Below the pieces are notes generated by a model. The model saw only the letters and a program-made list of their open reading frames with translations, ran no database searches and was not told the DNA's origin. Shown here in pieces: positions 1 through 7,556 of a DNA stretch of 64,000 bases (position 1 is its first letter; the number at the start of each line of letters is the position of its first letter). The translations under genes were made by a program, and so were the position numbers. This stretch comes from an uncultured bacterium (lineage in GTDB: Bacteria; Verrucomicrobiota; Kiritimatiellia; RFP12; UBA1067): assembly GCA_902770045.1 (NCBI GenBank), contig CACXRO010000008.1, positions 1,412 to 65,411 of the forward strand, in the 5' to 3' direction.

Positions 1-1087
1 TGCGGTGCAGCGGATTGAAGTCGCGGGGACCGCCGTCTCCCTGTCCGAAATCGGATTTTCCCGCATATTCGACATCGTAGGGCTCGCCGACTTTCCGGCA
101 TAAGCGCTCGCACGCCTTGCGGTGCACGGCAATGCAGCGATTCGGCTGGAGCGAATACTGGACATACCCAGGAAACGCGGTCAAGAACACAGTAAGGAAG
201 CGTCTCTCCAGTCCCTTCCACTTCAGCCACGAAAACGCTTTGACATCACCAATCCCCTCTTGGAGCAGAACGTTCGTCCTCGGCGCACGTCCGCAAGCCA
301 GCGCGAGCCCCAGCACCATTGCGCGATTCGTAGAACAGACTTCGCCAAAGAGCTGCCAATATTCGCCCGGACTCCTCTGCGCTTCAAGGCGAACATGGTC
401 AACGTCGTCTGCAAGCAGGTCTCGGTAATGCTGGCGCAGGCTGCCGCGCCATTCCTCGTCGCCGTTGACAAACAGCGGTTGTGACGCCGTATCGAGCGCA
501 CTCACCGCAATTTGATATCCGACCAACTGCGAAATTCCGGCCAGATGCGATTCATTATCCATCACCATGACGCCGATCTTGACCACGCCCATCAGAGTTT
601 GACGCCCTTTGTCGACGTCGCCTTGCGAAGCTTCGAAGACGGCCTTGACCCTGCTCATGTTTAAGATGCGAGTCAAGTGCCAGACCGGGGCCGTCTCGAA
701 ACGCGGAACATCAAGAGCCTCGCAGTCGAGCAGACGGGCAGCGCATGCGAACGTGTTGGATTCCGCCGCGATGAGTTCCTGCGCCGCGCCAGCAAGCGCC
801 AGACGGTTTGTCGTGCCATCCAGATATGCGCGCTTTAGTTGGTAGTTTGAGAATGTCAGAGTCGTATTGGTCGGCATGTTTTCTTCCAGCCACTTCAGGT
901 GCGTCAGGGCGTTCTTCTCCGGCGGCAAGGCGCGAACACGGTCGTGGTCGTCGCCGTCCGGCGAATATTCGCGGAAGCTGTCGTCCCGCAAATCGAGTCC
1001 GGCGACGGTGAAATACGCCGACAGCGCAGCCCACGCAATCACAAAAACCGAAAAAGCTCCAAGTATCACCTTCGCCGGCTTTTTCAT
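1..1087 (-). CDS. hypothetical membrane-anchored protein (partial; 3' end lies beyond window start)
   Basis: Not in the supplied ORF track because there is no in-window stop. Read by hand: ATG at 1087-1085, and no TTA/CTA/TCA triplet in that frame down to nt 2. The N-terminus MKKPAKVILGAFSVFVIAWAALSAYFTVAG is a single TM or signal anchor. Its ATG overlaps the stop of 1084..1497 (ATGA). Confidence 0.5.
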   Translation of the reverse strand, partial: MKKPAKVILGAFSVFVIAWAALSAYFTVAGLDLRDDSFREYSPDGDDHDRVRALPPEKNALTHLKWLEENMPTNTTLTFSNYQLKRAYLDGTTNRLALAGAAQELIAAESNTFACAARLLDCEALDVPRFETAPVWHLTRILNMSRVKAVFEASQGDVDKGRQTLMGVVKIGVMVMDNESHLAGISQLVGYQIAVSALDTASQPLFVNGDEEWRGSLRQHYRDLLADDVDHVRLEAQRSPGEYWQLFGEVCSTNRAMVLGLALACGRAPRTNVLLQEGIGDVKAFSWLKWKGLERRFLTVFLTAFPGYVQYSLQPNRCIAVHRKACERLCRKVGEPYDVEYAGKSDFGQGDGGPRDFNPLHR

Positions 1088-1497
1088 CGCGCGAACCCTC
1101 CGTCGGCCATCAGCACCGCTATGTATGAGGCGAGCACCGCATCCCACGCAACCAACAAGACGTATCCAAGCCAAACAAGGACGAACCGCCAGCTCCGCCA
1201 ACACGAGGCAAACAGCAACGCAAACGCGACTGGCGCCACTATCCCTGCGAAGGCAAACAAGGCGTTGGACCACGACATCAGCCCATGAGCGCTGGCGAAC
1301 AGTCCCAACAACGCGATATTGCCGAACGGCATCATCACAAACTCAAAGAAGCAACACCTCCCGAAGCTCAAAATGAACCCGTCAAGGCACTGCGCCGGCA
1401 ACGCCACTGCACAAAGCCACGGCACTATGATTACCGCGACCTTCACCATGTTCCCGCACCGGAAGGACATTATGGCTTTTCGCGTAGATGGTTTCAT
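1084..1497 (-). CDS. small integral membrane protein, unknown function
   Basis: ORF track, 137 aa, about 4 hydrophobic helices (VAVIIVPWLCAVALPA, FGNIALLGLFASA, ALFAFAGIVAPVAFALLFA, FVLVWLGYVLLVAW). The stop TGA overlaps the next ATG. Confidence 0.5.
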   Translation of the reverse strand: MKPSTRKAIMSFRCGNMVKVAVIIVPWLCAVALPAQCLDGFILSFGRCCFFEFVMMPFGNIALLGLFASAHGLMSWSNALFAFAGIVAPVAFALLFASCWRSWRFVLVWLGYVLLVAWDAVLASYIAVLMADGGFAR

Positions 1498-1602
1498 TGT
1501 TTTTATGAGCCTGCGTTCATGCCATGCCCAGCCTCCGCCGACGCGGCGGAAACGGCGAACGGCGCAGTAGCGCGCATGGTGTTGCTATGTCTCACGTCGC
1601 GT

Positions 1603-1611
1603 ATTATATCA
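1603..1611 (-). promoter_or_regulatory. extended -10 promoter candidate (TGATATAAT)
   Basis: The reverse complement of attatatca gives TGATATAAT, preceded by an A/T spacer. It lies about 100 nt upstream of the 1497 start. Confidence 0.3.
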
Positions 1612-1628
1612 TAAACCGCCGCGGCGCT

Positions 1629-3884
1629 CTACAGCAGGTTGCGCTGGATCTTGCCCGAGATGGTCTTGGGGAGCTCGTCCTTGAAGACCACGATGCGCGG
1701 ATACTTGTAGGGGGCGGTGTGCTCCTTGACGTACCGCTGCACCTCCTGCTTGAGGGTGTCGGTGCCCTGCACGCCCTTCACCAGCACGATCGACGCCTTC
1801 ACCACCTGTCCGCGCACCGGGTCGGGCGCGGCGGAAACGCCGCACTCGAGGACGAACGGCAGCTCCATGATGACGTTCTCGATCTCCGCCGGGCCGATGC
1901 GGTAGCCGGACGACTTGATGACGTCGTCGGCGCGGCCGACGTAGTGGTAATATCCGTTCTCATCCTTCCACGCCAGGTCGCCGGTGTGGTAGAAGCCGCC
2001 GCGCCAGACCTCGTCGGTCTTCTCCTCGTCCTTGTAGTAGCCGAGGAAGATGCCGGGATGCGGGTTCTTCCGGTCGGTGCGGACGACGATCTCGCCGTTC
2101 TCGCCAGGAGGCACCGGGTTGCCGTCTGCGTCGACGAGGTCGACTCCGTAGTCCGGCACCGGCTTGCCCATCGAGCCGGGCTCGAGCTCGTCGCCGAGCA
2201 AGTTGGCGAGCGAGAGCGTGGTCTCGGTCTGGCCGAAGCCCTCCGCGATCTCCAGCCCCGTCGCGCGCTCGAACTGGGTCCACACCTCCGGGTTCAGCGC
2301 CTCGCCGGCGGTGGTCGCGTGCCGGACGGAGGTGAAGTCGTACTTCGAGATGTCCTCCTTGATCAGCATGCGGTAGATGGTCGGCGGCGCGCAGAACGTC
2401 GTGATGTTGTACTTCTCGAACATCGGCAGCACCTTCTCGGCGTCGAAGCGCTCGAAGTCGTAGGTGAAGACCGCGCCCTCGCAGAGCCACTGCCCGTAAA
2501 ACTTGCCCCAGAGCGCCTTGCCCCAGCCGGTCTCGGAGATGGTGAAGTGGAGCCCGTCGCGCTCCACGAGATGCCAGTACTTCGCGGTCACGAAGTGCCC
2601 CAGCGCGTACTTGCAGCTGTGAAGCGCCATCTTCGGGTAGCCGGTGGTGCCACTGGTGAAGAACATGAGCATCGGGTCGCTGCCGCGCGGCGAGTCCGCC
2701 GTCCGCTCGAAGACGTCGGAGAAGCCCGGCACCTCGGCGTTGTAGTCATGCCAGCCCTCGCGCTTGCCGTAGACGAGCACCTTGACGAGCTTCGCGCCGA
2801 TCTCCTTCTCCGCGGCGTCCGCCTCGATCGCGACGTCGCCGTCGCCGGTGCAGAAAATCGCCTTCACGTCGCCCGCCTTGAACCGGTAGGTGAGGTCGTG
2901 CGCCTTGAGCTGGCTCGTCGCGGGAATCGCCACCGCGCCGAGCTTGTGGCAGGCGAGCATCGTCGGCCAGAACTGGAAGTGGCGCTTCAGGATCAGCATC
3001 ACCTTGTCGCCCTTGCCGATCCCGAGCGACTTCATGTAGTTGGCGACGCGGTTGGACTGCTCCATCATGTCCTTGAAGGTGAAGCGCCGCTCGCGCATGT
3101 GCGCCGAGACGTGCAGCATCGCCAGGCGGTTCGGGTCCTTCTTCGCGATCTCGTCCACGATGTCGAACGCGAAGTTGAACTCGTCGTCGTGCTCGTAGCG
3201 GATGTGGACGAGCTTGCCGTCGCCGTCCTCCTCGCACTTGACGAACTTCTCGGCCAGGAGCGGCTCGTTCGGCTTGCGGCGGCGCATCCTGACCATCGTC
3301 TGCGCCTGCTCCTCGGCGTCGCCGGCCATGATCATCGCGATGAAGGAGCAGCTCTTGCCGCCGACCGCCACCATGCCGTGGGGCGTCGAGGACTTGTAGA
3401 AGATCGAGTCGCCCTCCTTGAGCGTCTCCTCGTGGTCGCCCACCTTCACCCGCATCGAGCCGGAGACCACGAAGTCGAACTCCTGTCCGGCGTGGGTGGT
3501 GGTGTGGATCGGCGCGCGCTGCTGGCGCTCGTCGTAGTCGTAGGTCACGTAGTACGGCGTGGCGAGCCGGCCCTTGAACATCGCTGCCATGTTGCGGATG
3601 AGGATGCCGCGCTCGTTCACGGTCACCGGGCCCTGTCCGGCGCGGCAGACCTGGAAGTGCGAGAGCTTCGCGGTGTGGCCCTCGAGAAGCGCGTTGATGT
3701 CCACGCCGAACGCCAGCGAGCACTTGTGCAGGAAGGTGAACGGGGGGTCCATCGTCCCCGCCTCGATCGCGAGGTAGTCCCGCTCGTCCACGCCGGTCAG
3801 GCGGGCCATCTCCGACGGCGACTTGCCGCCGATCTCGCGCAGTTCCTTGATACGCGCGGCCATGCCCCTGAGTAGTTCGTTCAT
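1629..3884 (-). CDS. XRE-HTH + cupin domain fused to AMP-forming acyl-CoA synthetase
   Basis: 751 aa. HTH: SPSEMARLTGVDERDYLAIEAG. Cupin: GQEFDFVVSGSMRVKVGDHEETLKEGDSIFYKSSTPHG. Adenylate-forming motifs: FFTSGTTGYPKMALH, YHTGDLAWKDENGYYHYVGRADDVIKSSGYRIGPAEIE, SGKIQR. SD AAAGGAAAGG precedes the ATG at 3884. Confidence 0.85.
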   Translation of the reverse strand: MNELLRGMAARIKELREIGGKSPSEMARLTGVDERDYLAIEAGTMDPPFTFLHKCSLAFGVDINALLEGHTAKLSHFQVCRAGQGPVTVNERGILIRNMAAMFKGRLATPYYVTYDYDERQQRAPIHTTTHAGQEFDFVVSGSMRVKVGDHEETLKEGDSIFYKSSTPHGMVAVGGKSCSFIAMIMAGDAEEQAQTMVRMRRRKPNEPLLAEKFVKCEEDGDGKLVHIRYEHDDEFNFAFDIVDEIAKKDPNRLAMLHVSAHMRERRFTFKDMMEQSNRVANYMKSLGIGKGDKVMLILKRHFQFWPTMLACHKLGAVAIPATSQLKAHDLTYRFKAGDVKAIFCTGDGDVAIEADAAEKEIGAKLVKVLVYGKREGWHDYNAEVPGFSDVFERTADSPRGSDPMLMFFTSGTTGYPKMALHSCKYALGHFVTAKYWHLVERDGLHFTISETGWGKALWGKFYGQWLCEGAVFTYDFERFDAEKVLPMFEKYNITTFCAPPTIYRMLIKEDISKYDFTSVRHATTAGEALNPEVWTQFERATGLEIAEGFGQTETTLSLANLLGDELEPGSMGKPVPDYGVDLVDADGNPVPPGENGEIVVRTDRKNPHPGIFLGYYKDEEKTDEVWRGGFYHTGDLAWKDENGYYHYVGRADDVIKSSGYRIGPAEIENVIMELPFVLECGVSAAPDPVRGQVVKASIVLVKGVQGTDTLKQEVQRYVKEHTAPYKYPRIVVFKDELPKTISGKIQRNLL

Positions 3885-3926
3885 CTTCTCTTGCCTTTCC
3901 TTTTTGACTGAATTTCCGTTGTGTAG

Positions 3927-3962
3927 AAAAAACGCAGACCACCGGTCTTCCGGTGGTCTGCG
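3927..3962 (-). terminator. intrinsic terminator inside the 5' leader (attenuator candidate)
   Basis: Perfect 13-bp stem CGCAGACCACCGG/CCGGTGGTCTGCG with a 4-nt loop, followed on the minus strand by U6 (A6 at 3927-3932 on +). It sits between the promoter at 4083-4091 and the ATG at 3884. Confidence 0.6.
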
Positions 3963-3992
3963 TCCTGCCCTTCGGTTTCGCCCTGCCTGTCT

Positions 3993-4070
3993 TCAGGCGA
4001 CGGAACACGCGGCTGGCGTTAGACCACCAGGCCGTGTAATAATAATTCGAATGGCGAAACGGTTTCTCAT
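3993..4070 (-). CDS. candidate leader peptide MRNRFAIRIIITRPGGLTPAACSVA (25 aa)
   Basis: Hand translation. The ATG is 12 nt after the -10 hexamer. Four ATT Ile codons fall within five positions (I-R-I-I-I). The sORF covers the antiterminator segment at 4021-4031. No SD. Confidence 0.2.
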   Translation of the reverse strand: MRNRFAIRIIITRPGGLTPAACSVA

Positions 4071-4082
4071 CTGTTGGTGCGT

Positions 4083-4091
4083 ATTATATCA
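4083..4091 (-). promoter_or_regulatory. extended -10 promoter (TGATATAAT)
   Basis: The reverse complement of attatatca gives AATA-TGATATAAT. It is the only promoter-like element upstream of the acyl-CoA synthetase gene. Confidence 0.5.
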
Positions 4092-4132
4092 TATTCCGTT
4101 CACCCCGTGCGTAACAAAATGCTACATGACGC

Positions 4133-4190
4133 AATCTGCCGCGGAATCTGCCGCGGAGATTACTGTGCGAACGAAACCAAACTGCCGCGG
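4133..4190. repeat. CTGCCGCGG motif cluster (AATCTGCCGCGG x2 plus one more copy)
   Basis: AATCTGCCGCGG occurs twice in tandem at 4133-4156, and CTGCCGCGG again at 4182-4190. The same ATCTGCCGCGGAA(A/T)CTGCCGCGG block recurs at 59814-59838 and in degenerate form at 18565-18589. Confidence 0.6.
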
Positions 4191-4420
4191 GGCAGCAGGC
4201 ATGTGACGTAATCGCTCGGGGTGACGCATTGAAGTGCCGCCTCCGGGTATGCTCCCCGAAACGCCTTGCTGAACGCGCCGAAAGACGACAAATGCCTTTT
4301 CGTTCACCGACACCTCTTGCCCGATCTGGAGTGCCAGCGACCTCAGCAGCTTGTCCAGCAGCTCCGGCCGCTTTGTCACGTTCCTTGTCGGTGTTGTTTG
4401 TTGGTGCTGAAACTGTCCGC
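4160..4420 (-). pseudogene. degraded remnant of a DUF4143/AAA_14-type ATPase gene
   Basis: One minus-strand frame reads TRNVTKRPELLDKLLRSLALQIGQEVSVNE. Compare the intact paralogue at 18679..19827: RDVRRIVNIQDLDAFTVFMRLLAGRVGQLLNKDSLA. A second frame then reads FSKAFRGAYPEAALQCVTPSDY and stops at 4160 (compare LARFLKLSPNAVDPRVVYAGG). About 90 of 382 codons survive. Confidence 0.35.
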
Positions 4421-4454
4421 GACGACTCCCCAGGCCGCCGCGGAAAGCGCCGCG

Positions 4455-7400
4455 CTACTCGGCGAGCTTCAGGAAGTAGCTGCGGACGAGGTCGCGGTAC
4501 TCGGCGGGGATGTCCTTGAGGTCGCGCTCGCCCAGGCCGTCCTTCGCCGCACCCTTGATCTTGAACCAACCCAGGCGCTCCAGCAGCTGCCGCGCCGCCT
4601 CCGGGTCGTCATGGCGCTCCAGCTTGCGCGCAAGTTCCGAAATCTCCGCCGCCACCCCGCCGCCGCCGGACTGCGACTCCTCGCCAGACTGTCCTCTGGA
4701 CTCCATCTCGCCCTGCGACTGCCCCGACGACTGCTGCTCCTCGGGCATGCCCAGCGCCTTCGCCTGCCGCGCCGCCTCGCGCCGCATCGCCTCCGCCGCC
4801 TCCGCCGCCTTCGCGCCAACGGCACTGCCGCGGCAATCTGCCGGCGCGTCTGACTGCGACGGTTCAGAAGACTGCGACTGCTCAGAAGACTGTGACTGCT
4901 CAGAGGACTGCGACGACGCCGAAGATTGCGACTGTTCCGAAGACTGCGACTGATTGGCTGGCTGTGACGGCTCGGCGCGGGACTTTTCGCGCGCGGCGAG
5001 CTCCGCCTCGGCCGCCTTCCTCGCCTCGGACTGGCTGGCGACGGCGTCGTTCTTGGCGCTGTCGGCCGACATCGCGCCCTTCCTTTCCTCGGTCGCGGCG
5101 TGCTGGGCTTCCTTGGCCGCCTCTCCCGCCTCTGCCTGCTCCAGGAGGTCCTCGGCGCGGGCCTGCGCGGCGGCGGCCTGGCGCATAAGCTCTTCGCGCG
5201 CCTTGGCGTCGCCGTTCGCGCTGGCGTCGGCGATCTTCCTCTCCGCCTCCTTCTCGGCGGCGACGGCCTTGGCGAGCGCTTCGTCGCGGCGACGGGAGAG
5301 CTCGCTCTCCAGCCTTTCGAGCGCCTGGGCCTTCTTGTCTTCACTGAGGTTCCTGTTCGCGGCGGTCTGCAGCCGGCTCTTGAGCTCGTCCATCAATTCG
5401 GTGGCCCTGGACATCTTCCGGCGCGCGGAGTCGAGGTCGCCGTCCGGGACCTTCCGCGCGAGGTCGTTCGCCTGCATCGCCGCCGCCGTCTCCATGCGCT
5501 TCCACGCCTCGAGCTTGTTGGCGTCGGTGGGCTGTTCGCGGACGATGTCCTCGGCGGCGCGGGCAAGGGCTTCCTGGCGGGCCGCGAGGTCCCTGGTCTT
5601 CTCCAGGTTCTCGAGCTTCTGCACCCGCTCGCGGATCGGCGCGTCCATCTTCTGAAGAGCCTCCATCGCCTCGCGCATCTCTGCGGCGGCTGCCTCGAGC
5701 GCGTCGGCGCGGCGGGAAACCTCGTCGAACTGCGCGGACTCCAGCCGCTCCTGCGCCGGGGTAAGCTTCTCCTCGCGCACCGACTTGAGCATGTCGGCGA
5801 TCGGCTCGAAGCGCCGGTCCTCGCGAAGCCGCTCCTCGAGCTCGTCGACGCGGCGGCGCGCCTCGGACGCCTCGTGCACTGCGTTCTCAACGGCCCGGTC
5901 GGCGTTCTCCCTCACCTTCTGCTCGCGGCGGATCTGGTCCTTCGCCAGATTCGCCTGGCGGACCGCGTCGGAGAGCCGCCGACGCGCCTCCTCCAGCAGC
6001 CTGCGCGCGGCGGCGGCCTCCTCGGAAAGGCTCTGCATGTCGGGGCTCGCGGCGTTCATCTCGAGCTGCACCACGACCGGCGTCGACGTGGCGGCGTGGG
6101 GGCCGCCGCGCTCGACGGGGAAGCAGTCGCGCACCACGACGTCGAACGCGACTGTGCGCACGCCCGAGAGGTCGAGGGTGGAGAGGTCGATCTCGTCCGC
6201 CCCCTTCCAGAGCGAGGCGCCGGTCTTCGCGAACGAAGCCAGCGGCCGCAGCTCTTGCCAGCCGCCGCCGTCCGCCCGCCAGCGCAGCACCGCGTCGTCA
6301 ACTCCGATGTCGTCGCTTGCCGAGACCGCGAGCGGGAACTTGACGTACGGCGCGAGGCGCAGGGTCTTCGCCGCGGGTCGCTCCACGACCACGGTCGGCG
6401 GGGTGTCTAGGAAGCTCCTGAGCTGTCCGCCGCGGCGCGGCGCGGCGAAGCCCTCCTCGCCGACGAGGTCGAGCGTCCAGGACGACACGCGGTTGGAGAC
6501 CATCTCGTGGGCGTCGGCCGGGCGGCCGTCGACGCGCAGCGACGCCTTCACCGCGCGGCCGCCGAGGTCGAGCGCGAAGGAGACGCGCGAGCCCTCGACC
6601 GCCTCCATGGCGGACACGTCGTCGTTGGAGACCACGCTCGGCGAGCGGCCGGTGTAGGCGGGGTAGTCGATGCGCGCCGTGAACGACTCGTACCGCGGCA
6701 TTTCGCAGACGCGCACGGTGTAGTGGCGCGTGACCGCGGGCCCCGCGCTCACCCGGTAGCGCCACTCCGGCTCGGAGAGGTCCGCGATTGCCTCGTAGAC
6801 GCCGTCCTTCATCTCGTCGGCGAACTCCTCGCCCCAGCCGAGCGCGGTGCGGCGCGAGATGCGGATGCTCGGCGAATAGTGGAGGCCGTCGGCGACGGCA
6901 GCCTCGATGCGCACGACCGTGCCGGCGAGCGCGACGACGTCGCCCGGCTTCACGGCGATGTCGCCGGAGTAGAGGTTGCCGACGTCGACCCACGGCGCGA
7001 CCGCGCGCACGAAGAGCCGTCCCGCGAGATGCGGCGCAAGCACGAAGGAGAGGAGGAGCAGCAGCGCGATCGCGCCCAGCGCCTTCAGCCGCCGGATGAT
7101 TGTGCGGGAAGTGAACTCGCGCTCCGCGTCGACTGCCGCGGCCGCGACGGCGGCCTTGGCGGAGAGGATGCCGACCAAGGCCTCGGAGAAGCCGGGCCTC
7201 CCGTCGCCGCGCGCGGCGGAGTCCACGAGCTCGACCAGAGTCGTGAGGCACTCCTCGTGCTCGGGGTGGCGCGCGTCGAGGATCTTCGCCATCCGCCGCA
7301 CGTCGAGCCGGCGCGAGAGCGGACGCGCGAGGAAGAGCCACGCCGCCGCGAGGACGCAGGCGTATAGCGCGGCGGAAAGCAGCCAGCGCGCGGCGTCGGA

Positions 7401-7556
7401 GTAGAGCGTGAAGAAGGCGTCGACGGACATCGCCGCCAGCGTCGCCGCAATCGCCGCGGCCAGCGTCGCCGCGATTCCGCGCAGCAGGTAGATGCGCCTG
7501 ACGCGCCGGACCGACGCGTCGAGCAGCGCCTTGACTTTGTCGGGCATTGCGATCAT
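4455..7556 (-). CDS. membrane protein with long coiled-coil and SQ-rich low-complexity region (DUF4175-like, last gene of Bat-type operon)
   Basis: The true start MIAMPDKVKALL is at 7556 (ATGA overlap with the BatA stop). The track ORF 4455..8942 is an upstream read-through in the same frame. Two N-terminal TM helices, an E/A/R-rich coiled coil, and a C-terminal IPAEYRDLVRSYFLKLAE. Confidence 0.6.
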   Translation of the reverse strand: MIAMPDKVKALLDASVRRVRRIYLLRGIAATLAAAIAATLAAMSVDAFFTLYSDAARWLLSAALYACVLAAAWLFLARPLSRRLDVRRMAKILDARHPEHEECLTTLVELVDSAARGDGRPGFSEALVGILSAKAAVAAAAVDAEREFTSRTIIRRLKALGAIALLLLLSFVLAPHLAGRLFVRAVAPWVDVGNLYSGDIAVKPGDVVALAGTVVRIEAAVADGLHYSPSIRISRRTALGWGEEFADEMKDGVYEAIADLSEPEWRYRVSAGPAVTRHYTVRVCEMPRYESFTARIDYPAYTGRSPSVVSNDDVSAMEAVEGSRVSFALDLGGRAVKASLRVDGRPADAHEMVSNRVSSWTLDLVGEEGFAAPRRGGQLRSFLDTPPTVVVERPAAKTLRLAPYVKFPLAVSASDDIGVDDAVLRWRADGGGWQELRPLASFAKTGASLWKGADEIDLSTLDLSGVRTVAFDVVVRDCFPVERGGPHAATSTPVVVQLEMNAASPDMQSLSEEAAAARRLLEEARRRLSDAVRQANLAKDQIRREQKVRENADRAVENAVHEASEARRRVDELEERLREDRRFEPIADMLKSVREEKLTPAQERLESAQFDEVSRRADALEAAAAEMREAMEALQKMDAPIRERVQKLENLEKTRDLAARQEALARAAEDIVREQPTDANKLEAWKRMETAAAMQANDLARKVPDGDLDSARRKMSRATELMDELKSRLQTAANRNLSEDKKAQALERLESELSRRRDEALAKAVAAEKEAERKIADASANGDAKAREELMRQAAAAQARAEDLLEQAEAGEAAKEAQHAATEERKGAMSADSAKNDAVASQSEARKAAEAELAAREKSRAEPSQPANQSQSSEQSQSSASSQSSEQSQSSEQSQSSEPSQSDAPADCRGSAVGAKAAEAAEAMRREAARQAKALGMPEEQQSSGQSQGEMESRGQSGEESQSGGGGVAAEISELARKLERHDDPEAARQLLERLGWFKIKGAAKDGLGERDLKDIPAEYRDLVRSYFLKLAE
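4850..4953. repeat. 18-bp in-frame tandem repeat (about 5 units) encoding SEQSQS repeats
   Basis: Units of cagaagactgcgactgct repeat on the plus strand. The protein reads SQSSEQSQSSASSQSSEQSQSSEQSQSSEPSQS. Confidence 0.7.

Noticed and set aside
1524-3875. 783-aa plus-strand ORF covering the acyl-CoA synthetase locus
   Set aside because: It is antisense to a gene with unmistakable adenylate-forming motifs. Its R/L/H/V/D/G-rich, low-complexity composition is typical of open antisense frames in high-GC DNA, and it has no recognisable motifs.
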